A stretch of 60,082 bases of DNA, filler included, from Platydemus manokwari (GCA_037951405.1; 5 parts of 5 records of this genome joined end to end with filler, not necessarily neighbours in it), one strand, 5' to 3'. Positions 23,590 through 39,066 are shown, counted from the first letter of the whole stretch. Made by a program: numbers and translations. The notes: generated from the letters alone by a model not told the origin.

Positions 23590-26286
23590 TATTAGTTATG
23601 AATTTAATTATTTAAATTGTGGTAAAATGTCTTACTACTTTTATAAACAAATTAAACAATTATTACTTTTATTAAATCAAATAATAAATGTTTTTAAATT
23701 AATTAAATACAAATATTTATTATTTGAAACGAATGCATAAAAATCGTACAGAGTGTAACTGTTTTCATTAATAATCATTTTAATATAATATCAAACATCT
23801 AACCAAATGCAGCAGAGCAAATTACACATCATAAATTAAAAATCTTACTAAGTTGAAATTAATTAAATATTTAAATTAATTGTTTATCTTTATGAAATAT
23901 GTCCATTTTGTCAATCGTTTGTGGTAATTATCTTTTAACTTTGCTACAAAAGAGTAATCTTCTGATCGTTGTCTTGGACTACACAACTAAGTAAAAATCA
24001 TTTTCCATGAAATGCAAAACTACTTACAAAAGTAAATAAAATTTAGCACATCCCATATCTGTGTTAACTTTATCTTATTATTTATTCGTAAATTAATTTT
24101 TCTGATTTGAAGTTATTATTTAAAGTTATTATCTCAATTTCTTGAGTATACAGAACCTAAGCTTCAGCATGGATAAGAGTTCAATATAGGTGGAATTCAT
24201 TAACATCTTTACACTAGCTACCTTTATAATAAATCATGACACCAAATCACATCAATATTCTTCAACCTAAAGGAATAAGAAAGCCTTGATTAAAATCGTT
24301 CCTTTATCAAAATAAAATTTACAAATAATTCAATTGAAAAATAATAGATAGTTCATATACTTCCTCTAGTTCATCTTTAATGAATTTCGTTTGAGTATGT
24401 TTTCCAGAATTTTCTTTCACAAATATGAAACTATATCGAATATAATATCGGACTGGAGATTTAGTTTATTAGTCACTTTGAAGTATTGATTTGTAATCAG
24501 TAGTGCTACGATAGCGGTGTAAATAAATAAATTATTCGGATGGTGCGTGTTATTTTTTTCCATTTAATTGATTTCTTTTAAGTTCTTATAATTGCTCGAA
24601 TTTTTATTTAAATTTGTAATTGACATTTATATGATCCTTTTTTGTTAAACTACTTTAATGGATTTTATTATGGATTTTATTGTTGTCTTTAAGTACAAAG
24701 ATCTGAAAATAAATCACCTCATCAATTCCTACAGTAATTTTTGAGGTTTATTTTTACTATAATATGCAATTATTAAATCAATAATCTAATCTTTCAGCAT
24801 CAAACTTTATGGGTTGGTTAAGAATCTTTCCTACCGATGTTAGCAATATATAAATGTAGCAAACATTTACATATATTATAATCTCTACGTAAACTCATTA
24901 GAAGTCAATATGAGTAATTCAATAATTAATTCATACCAGTATTAACCCCATAAATCAATGTTCAGATAAATCAGCAACGGTAATGGAAAATAAAAGTGCA
25001 GATCAAGATAGGGAAAAGATTCAAGGCCATTTAACTTTTAATATCGTTCTTTTCATAATGTTAATAGAATGAACATTCAGAATCGGCCTGAGCATCCTCA
25101 TGCTGGATTTCTAGTCTTTCACTATTGCACATATTTTATTTTAGCGCTATAATTTTCCATTTATTTAATATTGTGTTTCTTGATTTAGTTTTCACACAAA
25201 ACGCAAACTTATTATTTTTGTGCTTTAATTATAACTATATTTTCTAATTTTTGCAAATTATTCCAAATTTTTGCGAATAATCAACCTACAATCTAATTCC
25301 ACTTACAACTATATGGACTGATACGGATAAGAAAAGCCTTCATTTATTGGACCAATAACGAATATAGAAAATTTTTATATATTAATGAGTTTTGAGTAAT
25401 GTTAGGCAAAAGTTGTATTATATGTAGAAATCCATCTTGCTTTTCATTTTACATAAATTTTCTCAATTGAAGTAAAATTCAAAAGTAATACATTTTTGTC
25501 TAGAACCTATCACACGACTGTATTTAATTTAATAAACTGATGTCCAGGCTTGAGACTTCAAACAATGAAGTATCAAGTTAAAAATTACTCTTATACCTTA
25601 CCTTCTGAGTAAAAACCATTTCACTCAATAGTAATGGGCCAATTTCCACCTTTAATAGATAAAACTAAACAGATTATATTTCAGTAATTAATGAAATCTC
25701 TATGTACCTGTAAAATAAGCTCGATGATCTTAACTGAGTGATTATCTGACCTCTCCTTTATAGATTTTAATTTGGTATAATGTTTAATTTACATAGGATT
25801 TATTCAACGATAACTGAACCTCACGTAGTTTTGAATGCATAAGTAAAGTTTAATGAGATAACACAAATATTATGGTAGCAATGAAATAAGAAATATTTAT
25901 CACAAAACAACGAGTCTTATTTATCATCCTCAAAGTTCTCATCCCCAAACAACTAGTCCTTAATCATATTCTCAAAGATCAGACAATACAGACAAAAACA
26001 AAACCCAGCAACAAACCACCGTGGATACAGATGTAGACCACTATTTATGCAATTATATTTGGTGAAAATATTTTCTGACTTTGAAAATTATTTAATTTTG
26101 ACAATTTCATAAATTTTGACTTCCGTTTCAAATTACCGATATGGCAAAATTTTATGATTTTTGACGGATATTGTAAATATTTGATTTTAATAAAAATAAT
26201 ATTTATTTGGAAAATGTTGTTAAGATAATTGCTCAATATAATAAAATATATAGTAATAATAATAATGATAATATTGATAATAATAA

Positions 26287-26386
26287 NNNNNNNNNNNNNN
26301 NNNNNNNNNNNNNNNNNNNNNNNNNNNNNNTTAATTAATTAANNNNNNNNNNNNNNNNNNNNNNNNNNNNNNNNNNNNNNNNNNNN
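26287..26386. other. Assembly gap with TTAATTAATTAA linker
   Basis: 44 N + 12-nt linker + 44 N. Confidence 0.98.
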
Positions 26387-27186
26387 ATTGACAAATGTTA
26401 CCCGACACTATTATTATTTTATAGAATATATATCGCATTAGTTATAAACAACCAATGAAATCATTTAGATTAAAATAATCTCATTTTATACCAATTTAAT
26501 GAGTAGATGCTGATTTATATGTGATGATAAAATCAACGTCATTTCTATAAACGTTAAAAATCAAGTTCAAATTATCATCAAATTATAAATTGACAAAAAT
26601 ATGTCATGTTTAACGGAAATCATATAATTCAAATGCACCAGTTCACATAATCTATCATTATAACAAAGTCCAACATCATTGATTTTTCTAATCACAAATA
26701 TAGTGTTTTATCATTAAAATTTAGCTACTTCTATAATTGATAGGCAGTTCTTTAAAAATCGATTTAATTCTAAATCCATGTAATTCTATTTCTCTGGAAC
26801 TATCAATCGACATATGATAAATTCACACATCTCATTTTCGTTGTAAGTGTTGATCCAATAAATTTCCATTCATTTATAAAAAAATATCATAATATTCATC
26901 ATTAACATGAACAAGAATTGAATAAAATGTGTCAAATCCTATTCAAATATTAATATTCGATTTGCCATCTTATAACGACAATAAATATTTAATCCAGCCA
27001 ATGACTGCAAAACAAATGAAACACAAATGCAATCAATCAATTAGAGATCTCACAAATAATCGTAGAGTGAATTGTTTTTTTTATAATTTTAATCGAGAAA
27101 TTGTTTATCTGTGTGTCGATGATAACAAATGGGTTTCAACCATCAATTGATTACTTGTGAAATATTTGAAAATTATTTATATTTAT

Positions 27187-27773
27187 GGCTTAAGTTAAGA
27201 AAAAGGGTCCCCTGGTCTACTTTCGTTATAATGAATTTTCGCCCATGAGATAATCTTATAACTTAATTTTATATATAACTGCTATATTTGATTTATTCGT
27301 GTAATTAAGTTAATATCTCATTTTTTAAAATGTCTAATCGCGACAAAACAGTTTCAAAACCAAGTTCCTATTCTGATCACAACACTTCTATATGATTATT
27401 TGAGTTTTTAAATTTAAATTTTTATAATTATAAATCGAGTTAGTTAATTACAGACACGTTTAATAAAATCATTACATATTTTTATAAAATAATTGTAAAA
27501 ATTGAGAATATCTGTCAATTTGTTTCTAATGTTAAAAAAGGAGTCCATGCTAATTTTCAATAAATAACTTTTTCGACCTACTTTTTCATTTTTTCAAATA
27601 ATCAAATTTTTGGAAATTTTTAAGCTCTAGTCTAATTGATATTTGATTTCAAACAAATAAAATTCTTCTTAAATAATTAAATAAAAAGTTAAAAAATGTT
27701 TGTAAGGAATATAATTAAATAAACTATATAGAATTTAAATTTCATTTTAAGACCCTTTTTTTAACTTTAACGG
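27187..27773 (+). mobile_element. MITE family A, copy 2
   Basis: TIRs ggcttaagttaagaaaaagggtc and gacccttttt-ttaactttaacgg. The interior matches 18181-18777. Confidence 0.8.
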
Positions 27774-27980
27774 TATTTATTTAATTATTATAATCGTATT
27801 AAAATGATAATATAATATATTTATCAATATATCAGTGCAATACAGGGGATTAATGCTCAAATTTATTTTTATTATTTCAACATTTAAAGCTAACAATTTC
27901 ACATAATTTTCACAGGAAAAGAGATGTCTGTCGAGTACAAGTTAACAACAACAATACCTTAATAATAAGAAAAGACTATG

Positions 27981-28609
27981 TGATCCCTGTCAAATATAGC
28001 TTGGGTTCCGCACAGCGACTGACAATAGAGGGGCTTGGCAATAGCGACCACATGTTAGCGATTGTATTATAAGAGCTAGTGTCATGACAGCGACATATTG
28101 ATAAATTTTGATTTTAAGTGAACTGACTAGACTAGTAAATGGTTTTAGCAATGTACAAATTGCCAATAAATTAGGTGTTTCTGAATATTGTATAAAATAA
28201 AATCGAAAAATATTATTGGAGGCAGACCATATATCCTAACTACAAGAAACACGCCTATATCAGAAATACGAATGTGACAAATTAGAAAAAAGAACTCTCG
28301 ACACTGTTTTTGCGAGAAAAATTTGAAAAAAATGTGTCGTCATCGTTAATTATAAAACGTTATACACTATTGAACTTTTCTCAAAAAGTAATACAACTAA
28401 ACACGTAGATGCCAACTCGAAAACACAAACAATAGAAACATAAGCCTGGACCTTGCGAGCACAGATCTCATTCTGTCCGTTTGATAATAAAGTCGCTAAT
28501 GTTACAGTCGACACTATAATATATAGTCACTATCATGTTAAAATATCTATTGTGCAATCGCTTTATTGACAGTTGGGATTCTTAGACTCGCTATCCGGCC
28601 AGGATCCAG
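27981..28609 (+). mobile_element. Internally deleted DNA transposon with long imperfect inverted ends and a transposase HTH remnant
   Basis: The GC-richer ends are approximately inverted (gatccctgtcaaatatagc / gctatccggccaggatcc; tgacaatagag / ctttattgaca; gacagcgac / gtcgctaatgt). 28141-28197 translates GFSNVQIANKLGVSEYCIK, a helix-turn-helix pattern. Confidence 0.55.
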
Positions 28610-31079
28610 TCAAATATAATGGCAAATGTCTTTATTTTGTTTTTCATAGCAGAATTATTAAAAAAATATAACGATGATACTGAATAATATCAGAAATTGA
28701 AATGATAACATCAATTAAACGTGTCGTGTCAAATCTAAAACATGCTTTCACAAACAAACCACTAGAGTTACTCCAGTGTGAATAATTTTTCTTACTGTGT
28801 AGAGGCTTACAATCACACTTGAGATGCTGCTTTATAAATTGACATTTTTGATGTAAAATGCTTAGATTCAATGTGGCTTTAATCACATTTTGTATTTTAA
28901 TGTTGAATCGACGAAAATAATGAGGCTGTAAAGGTAATTTGTTACTTTCTCATTAATTGTATTATCGAAGTTACAGTAGAATTTATAATACAGTATCAAT
29001 GCCAAAGCTCCTCAATGAAGAGTTATAACAAATAGAGTAAATGGTGTCTAATTTGAAGTGTAATTGGTTTTCGTTGTAAAATCTATTGATCGTTAATTTA
29101 TCAAAACAAGATTTCATATATTTCAAAGCTAGAAATTGATCAAAAATTTACTCCAAAAATATCGATTAATTAAGTAAAAAATGATAATTATTGAATTACG
29201 TCATCGTTACGTTTCCTAGCATAATTATGACGTACTATATTTTATAGAATCACATGATTATCATTGCGCCAAAATTAGTTTGTATGCTAGTGAGAATTTT
29301 GTACTATGACCCTATTTGTATTTATTCCCGGATATATTCCACCATATTGTGATCTTTTATGTATTTATTATGCATTTATGTTGTCAACAAAAATGCCCAA
29401 TCATATAGTATTGGATGCTGGATTTGGGATCAAACAAATAAATAGCACTGTGTTATCTTGACCAGAAAATACTGGTTTTTTTATTCGTAATTATTTCACA
29501 ATTCATACTAAGAGAAAGGGAAATGTTTTTCTTTCAGTTAACAATCTTGGTACAGTAAAAATGGGTTTTTTCAAGATTACCAGATATTAATAATGTCGCA
29601 AATAAATGATTATATTTAATGAAAAACTCGAAATAAGTATTTGTAAATTAAACGAAAACAACTTATATAATCACTATTAAAATATCAACACAATTCATCG
29701 ATAACTTAAATGTGTATCTATTATTATCTACTATTATTATTATTTGGATGAATTATTTGAAAACACATTCTATTTTATTATGTGTTCCATTGAAACAAAT
29801 CACAGAATACCGCTGCCCGATACTGTCTTATGAAACAATTATCGCCTGCTAAATGCACGAGGAGCAAAAATCATTTCATATAGAAGTACATCTTAATAAA
29901 CAATCAACAAAAAAGGGAGTTTAAGCAATACTAATTATACTTACAACACAGTTTTTGAATCATTATATTCAACAATAATAACAAAATAATGTTTATATAA
30001 ATATATGATATAACTTATGACATATGGAGGTGATTGAGAAATTTTCATATCAATTATTGGTAAACAATGACAATAAAATAATAAAAATAATTCCATTCAC
30101 CACTGCCAATACAGAATATTTTTTGAAATAGTAATTTTATGTTTAACAGAGAAAAAAACAAATTTAACAAATCCATCATAAGAATCTCGTGATAAATTCG
30201 AGTCCATAATTGATGAATCCTCTACCAGAAATTGAAGATATGCGATAATCTCTTACCAGATATAACACAACTGGGACGTAAATGAAAACCACTTCAGAAC
30301 AAAAATATTTATATAAATAACTGAGATAGGAAATATATCTATCTGAAATTGATGCTTGTTTTTTTCATTTTCAATCAACACTACTAAATAAATAATTATT
30401 GGACAATATGAAATAATATTCAAAAATAACAGTGGGAATTTGTTTTAAATTTTATATCCCAAATAAATAACCGGCTGTTGGGGAAAGAAATGGTTATTAG
30501 GAATCTTATATAAATAAACAGAAATTTTTATGGTTAAGACTCTTATTAATAATGACAAATATATCCGAATTATTTATTATATTGGTTTACCACGTTGCAG
30601 TATTGGTTCAGTATTGATCTCTCTATAAAATCACAAAACAATTTCAATTGCAAAACAAAGAATAAAAAATTACAAATAAATAAAAAAATACTAAAGAATG
30701 GTTAATATAATCGATTTTATATAAGTTTTTCAAATCAAAATCGATGATAATTGATATTTCCCAAATTCAAAATCATCGAATCATTGTCACTGTCGACTCA
30801 TTTCAAAAGCATCTTAACAATATCTATACATTAAAGATAAGATTTTTGATACCAACCTTTATACTGATGAGTTACATTCAGATCATATGTTTAAATAATC
30901 GCCCATATTTGTACAAGAACATACATTAATTTAGGATCATGGGATGCACAGAATTATGGAGTCTTGAGACGAATAGGGTTAGATAATAAGAGTTCAAATG
31001 AGTTGGCTTTCCTTATTCTATCATAGAATCACATAATTTATATAGGGTTCGCATAGCAATGGAGGCTAGGCATGTTTAA

Positions 31080-31270
31080 CACGCAATAACACAATTACGG
31101 CACCAGTATAGGTATTTCTATGGTTGTTGTTTATAAGGTTTATTTCAGAGACTGTATAGCCTTCTACACCTTTTATGTTTTATGTGAGATCGTGGTAGAG
31201 CGCATCTGTCGTGATTGCAAAGCTAACCTCTTCATGTTTTAACCATGTGCTAAAAATCATCCATAGGCTA
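31080..31270 (-). mobile_element. Possible LINE APE-endonuclease N-terminal fragment
   Basis: Minus frame reads VSFAITTDAL...NIKGVEGYTV...HRNTYTGAVIVLLR, resembling the IAITET...GY...R...GGVAILI pattern. It is highly degenerate. Confidence 0.3.
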
Positions 31271-33836
31271 TAGGATTAATCATACTTTTATATTTAATTT
31301 TTAGATAAGATAAAATTCGCCAGGAGATGGGTTTTATTATTGTTTGTTATTATTTCCTATTCTTTTAGATTTTAGCACAACTTTTTGATGATGCAATTAG
31401 GAATGTTGTAGTATGATCACACCGAACCAATGAGTTCCTGTGCCATTCGGATTTGACTGAAACAAAAAAGAATTGTACGACGAAAAAATTATTTCCCACT
31501 GACTACTAGTTAAGAACGAGAAATATCTTTGTTATGTAATAAATCCTTGCAACAAAAAAAATATAATATCATTCTTTTCATATTTACAAATTGCAGAAAA
31601 TATGTTTTTCATTTTTTTTAACATTCAACAAAAAAACCTTTTTGAAAAAAAGCTAATTCTACAGAAATGAATACAGTCGAATGAATATCAGATTTTTGTT
31701 TCTGACAAATCGATTTCAATTGAAACGTTAATTCACAGCATTTTTTCGAGAGAATTTCACTTTCAACAATGAAAATCACGATGGAATATTTGATTTGATT
31801 GAAGATAATATCAACGGTGCGAATGCTCATCAAATGATTAATTTTAACCGGGGAATATTCACATACGAACAATGATAGAATTTTATAAAGTTATATATAT
31901 AGATGGAGAGAGAGAGAGAAAAAAAAAAGAAGAAAGAGGAAGGAGAAATGAGATAATATGTAAAGAACAATTGTTTAGTACATGTTCGATCAAAAATTGT
32001 TTCTATTAACGATTCTATATAAATATTATCATTTATTAATATCTTACACAATCACAACCATTTTTATATCGGAAATACTACTAATCAAAACAAATATTTT
32101 AGCTCCTCCACTCTTAAATTATCATATATAATGCCAACATAAATTTACAGATTATTAAATAATTCTTCAATCCTTGTAAGCTGATACGAATAATTAAGTC
32201 GACTGACTGTAAATCTAATAAATATAAATATTTCACAAACTACAAACCACTTCTATCACAGCATTAGTTTCATAAAAGTAATGTCAAGGAGATAATAACA
32301 GTCTAAATTATGCGCTATCAAATCATCATCTATAATATTTTCAATAAAAAACATATTTTATTAATCTTTGTTTTAAAAGGAAAAAGAACAAAACGAATAA
32401 TTCATGTTTTTTTTATCTATTGGCCTTTAAGTGGAGTGATATAATTGATAATAATAATAATAAATATTTATAGATAACATCAATTATACAATATTGATTT
32501 TTGTGTGTATTTATATAAATGTGTGTCTGTGTGTTAGCAGAATTAATTTTAGAAAAATTCTTCAAATTAATATATTGTTAAGAATTCAATTATTCACGAA
32601 TCAACTTCCAATATCGATTATTTATAAATAATTAAAATCCAGATTATATAATTGCATCAAACCAATCACCATCGGTATAGATTAATAAAATTCATATCAA
32701 AATAATCTATCTATTCACCAACACTGACATAATTTACAAACAAATTATTATTTTTCAATCCAGAATATGATACAAAATCTGTTCATAGCAGTTATTATTT
32801 TCAATGAATGAGAAATGAATCTGTAAATGGATATATGATAATATTATTTTTATTCGAACATCTCTGATCGATCGATATTCGAGTTAGCATTTTCACAAAT
32901 CAGATCAACATCGAATCGACATTGATATTTCAGAATCAAAAAACAAACCACAAAATACGATGTATATATAAAATATTATAGATTAAACAAGATAATTATT
33001 AATGGTACACATTTTTACCATTCATTTTCTTTTCATAAACAACCTTATTAATATATATACATGATCCTATCAATATTATTTTACAATGACATTTGGTTTG
33101 GAAATGTTAATCAGAAATAAATACTTCCTTATCTGACACTGATATCTCGATATTATTCATAACAAGAAAGTGAAAACAAAATGCCAATGTATAAATATTT
33201 GAAGATATTGAAACAAATTGTATCTTGGTTGGTCAATAATTGTTTGAAGAATTTTGAAGTTATTAGTTTTATGCTTAAAAGAGATTTTCAAAATTTTATT
33301 TTATCTCTAAACAATAATGATGATGTAAGTGATAAAGAGATTAGATGAAGAATTCAGCTGTTTGAAACCATCAAAGAAGAATGGATCTGCAATACTGCTG
33401 TGAAGCCATTCTACCAGTAAAGCACCATTATGGTTGATAAAAGAAAATATTAAAGCTATGGGATTTAAAGAGATATATTATAAAAATAAAAAGAATTACA
33501 CATCGATATTGTCTTGAATAGATATCATATATTTCAAATATCAACAATCCATCATCATGATGAGACTGTTCCTATTATAATTATACATTTATTTTAGTCA
33601 AATAACCCATTTGTCTAACTAATAAAAATTGAGAAATCATAAAAAATCAAATTAAAAATTCGAATATATCTGTCTTAAAATAATTTCAATGCTGCTGGTA
33701 ATAATATGTGTTAATACTAATAAAAATAAAATCATCTATTGATCACAAATTAATAAAATGGTTATCAAAACGATAAATAACGTGTGTTTATACTTGGAAT
33801 TTTATGATGATGTTGCAGAAAAGCAAAACAAAAGCT

Positions 33837-34295
33837 AATCTAAGAACCTTACACCACAAAAGTATATTTAATGAAAATTTTCAATCAAATTATATTGATT
33901 ATTTATATTTTTTTAATATAAATATATTTTTTATTAAACAGACAATTTTAAATATTAATTGACTTTAAAATCCCCACACACGTCTTTCTTTAAAATCTTT
34001 GATTTTCTTCAAATATCATTCTCATATTATTTTCTATATTTTATATCCAAAATCCTCCGTATAATATTCTCTCCCTATATATATCCTAATATCTATTTCC
34101 CTGTATTCTTTGTATCCCCATTCTAATACTTCTTGTATTGATCTTCTCAGAGTCGAATCCAAATATAAGTTTACCATGTTAGTTGCTACAACTACATAAA
34201 AGGTTAAATCATAAATGAATCTAAGAACTTCAAATCACAAAAGTATATTCAATCAAAATATTCCAACAAATTTTATTGATTATTAATATTTTTAT
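33837..34295 (+). repeat. Two copies of a ~80-bp dispersed repeat (about 33837 and 34218), with a third weaker copy near 37371
   Basis: aatctaagaac...cacaaaagtatattYaatSaaaat...caaattWtattgattatt is shared between the copies. Confidence 0.65.
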
Positions 34296-35079
34296 TTCTT
34301 GTTTATAATGATCAACATAAATGTTATTAATTGATTTTCAAATTATCGATTTATTTTATCCAATTAACATGATAATTGATTTCAGAGCTTGAATAATGGA
34401 ACAAACATTACAATATTAGACAAATAAATCTATAAATTCGTTAATAAATATTTGATAAATTGGAAAAATCATCTCAAATTATTTTTAAAACTATTATTAA
34501 GTACGCAATAAATTCGAAGAGTTTCTTAGTGGTGTTCTAATATTTATTTTACTGGACATCATCAATTCGTATTTTAAAATCAAACAACTTTAATGAAATA
34601 ACATCAGCTAACATGACGACCACTGATTTTAGATTCGAGTCGGGTAAGATTAATACCCGTCCAGTATCGAATACAGATGATATTGAATCATTTATTAAGA
34701 GCTGCCGATAATTGTTTTTTGGAATTTTCAAATAATGAATTAATACACCCAATTCAATAACAATACAAATGCGGACAATGTAAGGATTTTAAAATCAAAA
34801 CCAATGATTAAACGAATAAAATTGATCGATATGAAATACACCATTAACATTGAATTTACAATTTTCCTTTTGGAATAAAATACACTTCAATCGATTTTTT
34901 CTCAAACATAAAACAAAATGAAATTTTGTTAATAATAATTTGATTTTGACAGAGAACAACTCTCAGAAATTGCTAATAATCATCTCTGTAAAAAAATTTT
35001 CTTTGTGAGAAGATAAAAAAAAATTATTCATAAATAAAGGAATTTGAATTAATAGTTAATTATTTTAAAAAATGGATTT

Positions 35080-35263
35080 ATTCGTTCTTCCTAACTGCCA
35101 CTTTTCTTGGCCGCAAATTCCTCTTAACCGCAACATGTTTAGAATAATAAAAAAAATTAAAAGTTCATTACATTTTTTTCTTTATTATTTTTCTTTTAAA
35201 AAATTCCTCTTAACCACCAACATTTTTTCAGTTCCTGAAAAGTGGATGTTGGAAGGAGGAGGA
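35080..35263. mobile_element. Small TIR element (MITE) abutting the gap
   Basis: Ends cttcctaactgccactttt and aaaagtggatgttggaagg are inverted. Internal direct repeat aaattcctcttaacc occurs twice. Confidence 0.6.
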
Positions 35264-35363
35264 NNNNNNNNNNNNNNNNNNNNNNNNNNNNNNNNNNNNN
35301 NNNNNNNTTAATTAATTAANNNNNNNNNNNNNNNNNNNNNNNNNNNNNNNNNNNNNNNNNNNN
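35264..35363. other. Assembly gap with TTAATTAATTAA linker
   Basis: 44 N + 12-nt linker + 44 N. Confidence 0.98.
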
Positions 35364-35412
<49 letters not shown>

Positions 35413-35413
35413 G

Positions 35414-35453
<40 letters not shown>
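35364..35453. repeat. (TAT)n microsatellite
   Basis: About 90 bp of TAT repeats with one interruption. Confidence 0.97.
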
Positions 35454-37891
35454 GGATTGACACAATTGTTGTTGTCACGCTACATTACAATCTATACATC
35501 TGTTTAAAATATTCTCTGTCTATCTCGATGTGATAAAAATAAAGCAATCATTTGACAAAAGTATAAAAATAAAAATAGATAAAAACAATTAGTTAAATAG
35601 AATGTTTCGATAATAATTCAATATTTGCTTTCTGTATTCACCTTATATCTCATTAATATGGTGATGAAGAGCGAAAATATCATGGCGCATTTTTGTTCTC
35701 ATTTATCAATAACGGTGATTATATGATGAAATAAATTATTCCGTCTTATATTTCGCTTGAGATAATCGTTATTTCATGATTATCGTTAATTTCTTTCCAA
35801 TTTATATCTACTGTTGATTTTCATTCAAAATGATCTATTTCTTTTTTCCTTTTTTGCCTCGACTGTCATAATAAAATATTATTGGTTTCATTTCATTGTA
35901 TATGATCACATTCCTTTGTATTTCATCTATTGTTGATGTGTAGATGATTTCGGAGATCGAATTTCAATTTTGATTGCTTAAGTTGTTTTATCAGCTTCAA
36001 TTACACTGACACCCTCTTTACTTACTCATTATACCAACATCGCTATTGATTATTATTACTTCCCCAACACGACTTTAATCATAATTGTTATGGTTTTGTG
36101 ATTTATTCATTCGAAAACAAATAAGAATGTTATAGAATTCCTCATTTGATTTCGCGAATCTTTAAAAACATCTAAAATCATCATGGCCATTTTTAATTTT
36201 GCTTATAATAGAAGAAAATGCATTGAAATAGGTTCTGCCTTTTAATTTATTCTAACTAAGATGTTTAACGTTCTGATTTAAGTAGTCAACAAATAGTATC
36301 AGATCATGAGCTAATTCTCAAGTATCAGCACAAACACTATTTTTGGCTTTTTCAACAATACTTCATCAAACCATTCGTTGTCACTTCTCTAGTGCACATA
36401 ATGCAATACAATTATGCTTATCTCCTACCAGTTTAGACTACACCGGCACGTAAGGCCATAATACGAATCAAATTTTATATTTTATTTTTTTGTAAGTCTG
36501 TTGAGATTGCAAAATATACTGTCCTACTTTTTCTTTTATTCAATTTTAGGACTTCTCCTTTCGAAAATGCCCCTCTTTGATATTTCATTGTTACTAAAAA
36601 TAACTTGATATTGATGGTAGCAACATAATGATACGAAATATACCAACATAACCATTATTCAGATCAAAATTCAAATTTTGTGTTTCATTTCATTATTTTT
36701 TAAACACATTTTTGTAATAATTTTTCAATATTATAATTATTATCTTAGTGGTTTCTTGTTTTACTGAATTGTTTCAAGACCTTTCTGTTGAAATAGGTAT
36801 TAATTATTTTTTTCGTCTCACAATTATTGATTATTCAATATGGTGGAGTCCTTTGGCATTTGATTTGACATTGATTTGGACCATGATCTGATTGATACCG
36901 TTTCCTACAATTAAATAAATAATTATCACAATAATCGCTTAGACTTGTAATGATCGTTCGAATATACATCTTTATCGGCATTTAATCGTTCGAATTTTAG
37001 CTCATATCTATAAGTTCAACAGTAAGAGTTCTTATTGCTTACTAAATCACTTTCATAAAGAGAAAGAGAAATGCACACTGGTTTTGCTCATATATTTCAA
37101 TGACTCACACAGCCGTGAATTAAAATAATCCGATTATAATTGACGTAATAAAATAATTTCGGCTGTTAAACAACTAATCACTGTGAAAAGACTCAAATAT
37201 TTCACTTCCATGGAATGCATCGAAAATTTTATAATATCTCAATAAATTATAGTTTCAAGAAAACAAAAACGATCATTTAAATAACTAAAACAATTTTAAG
37301 ATATGAAATACTGTTCGTATTGTTAATTTCTACTTATTACTTAAAGCACAAATTATAAAAAAAAAGACATAAGACATTCGACCCACAAAGTATATTTATC
37401 CAAAATATTCAAATTAAATTATTTAAATATATTTTTAATCGTTAATTTTATTTAAAATTATTTATAAAACTCTAAAATCTTCTCGATTATTATTTTTTTC
37501 AAATATTTTTCAACCCCAAATATCGATATTTTCACATTAATAATTTACGAGAATTATTATGGGCATAATAATAAATAATATTTTAATAAGGTCTCAAACG
37601 ATTTTAATGGATTTGGGAAATATTCTTTCATTAAAAATTTATTAGATTTATCGATTAGAGAATGACAGACATATTTGAGTTAATAAATCTCGAATCTAAT
37701 AATATTTAATTAAAAGATTTTATATGATATAAATCAATATTTTATGGGCTTAATTTAGGGTCAAATAGAGGCTGACAGTGAAAAGATTGTCACTGTTTCG
37801 TGGACGCCTCCAATAAATTATGAGGTGAATTTTCAAAATTTTCTTGAATATTTTAATATCGTTCTAGATTGGTTGTGTGATCTCGGCAACG

Positions 37892-38105
37892 ATGTCGGTA
37901 ACATTGAAAGCTGAATCATCAAAAACATATTCTATCGATTTACGGGCATTCATTTTATGATTTGTTTTGTACACAATTTATTAGAATAAATTATTACTGA
38001 TCATCGCTCTAATCTTGAAACGAAACACCTGCACTATAAAAGTTTACATCCTAGTGAAAACTAATAAAAAATTTACGTATCGTTGTCATGGATACATGTT
38101 CTGAA
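37892..38105 (+). mobile_element. Tc1/IS630-type transposase remnant
   Basis: MSVTLKAESSKTYSIDLRAFIL contains a YSxDLR N-terminal motif. A VVMDTC fragment at about 38082-38100 resembles the second catalytic Asp motif. Heavily deleted. Confidence 0.4.
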
Positions 38106-39066
38106 ACAACGGTTGTTTTTAAATTTATATTTACATTAATTCTAATATGAATACCAAAGACTCAGTTACCATACCTTTGTACAAGGCATTATAAAAGAAG
38201 TAGTCTTCAAGGTCATTTAGTAATTTTTCTGCTGACACTCTAATCTAAACAAAACCATAGTGTCGAATCAAGCATTTTTTCATCAAAATATTAAAATTCT
38301 AATTCTTAAAAAAAGATTATTATTATATATTATTCATACTTTCACAAGAAATTTTCTTCGAGGATATATTCTTCCATCTCATTGTCATTATTCTCATCTG
38401 TAATATCTTTATCATATATTTGATTTTTCATTTCTAAAGACGTGTCACAAAAATTACATAATCTATGTTTATCAAGTTGATTAAGGATTTCCAATGGAAA
38501 TTCAATGTTCATTACGAGATAATCTTTACCTCATTTTATTCAAGAATTGAGATTTTTTGTGTTTTTCTACTGAAAGTTATCTACTTCCTTATTGATATCG
38601 ATTACTGCATTTTCATTTTGTTATCTTTTCCATTAGATTAATTTACAAATCACGTCAATATTTTCTGTGATCGGAAAAGACGTCGATGTTGTTGATGAGT
38701 AACTGGGAGAAAAGATAACTTCTTATCTCTAATCCTCGATGATGTAATTCAATATTAGCTACGCCTTGTAACCAACACTTTAAGATTTCCGTGTGGCGAG
38801 TTGGGACTATCGAACATGATATTATTAGAAATTCAATATTATTCGATATATCATAAAATTGACAAAGAAATCACACAAAATCAATGATTGCACATTATTG
38901 AGCAATTTTTCAGAGAACCCCGATTAATTTTTCATATATTCGTTGTTATATTCGACAAAGAATAGAATCAGCATCTCTTGAAATTTCCTTTTAGAAATGG
39001 TTGTAACAGTGGTTTAAAACCATATGAGTCAGTATTTTTTTATTTTAATTAGATGTATCTCTGAGT

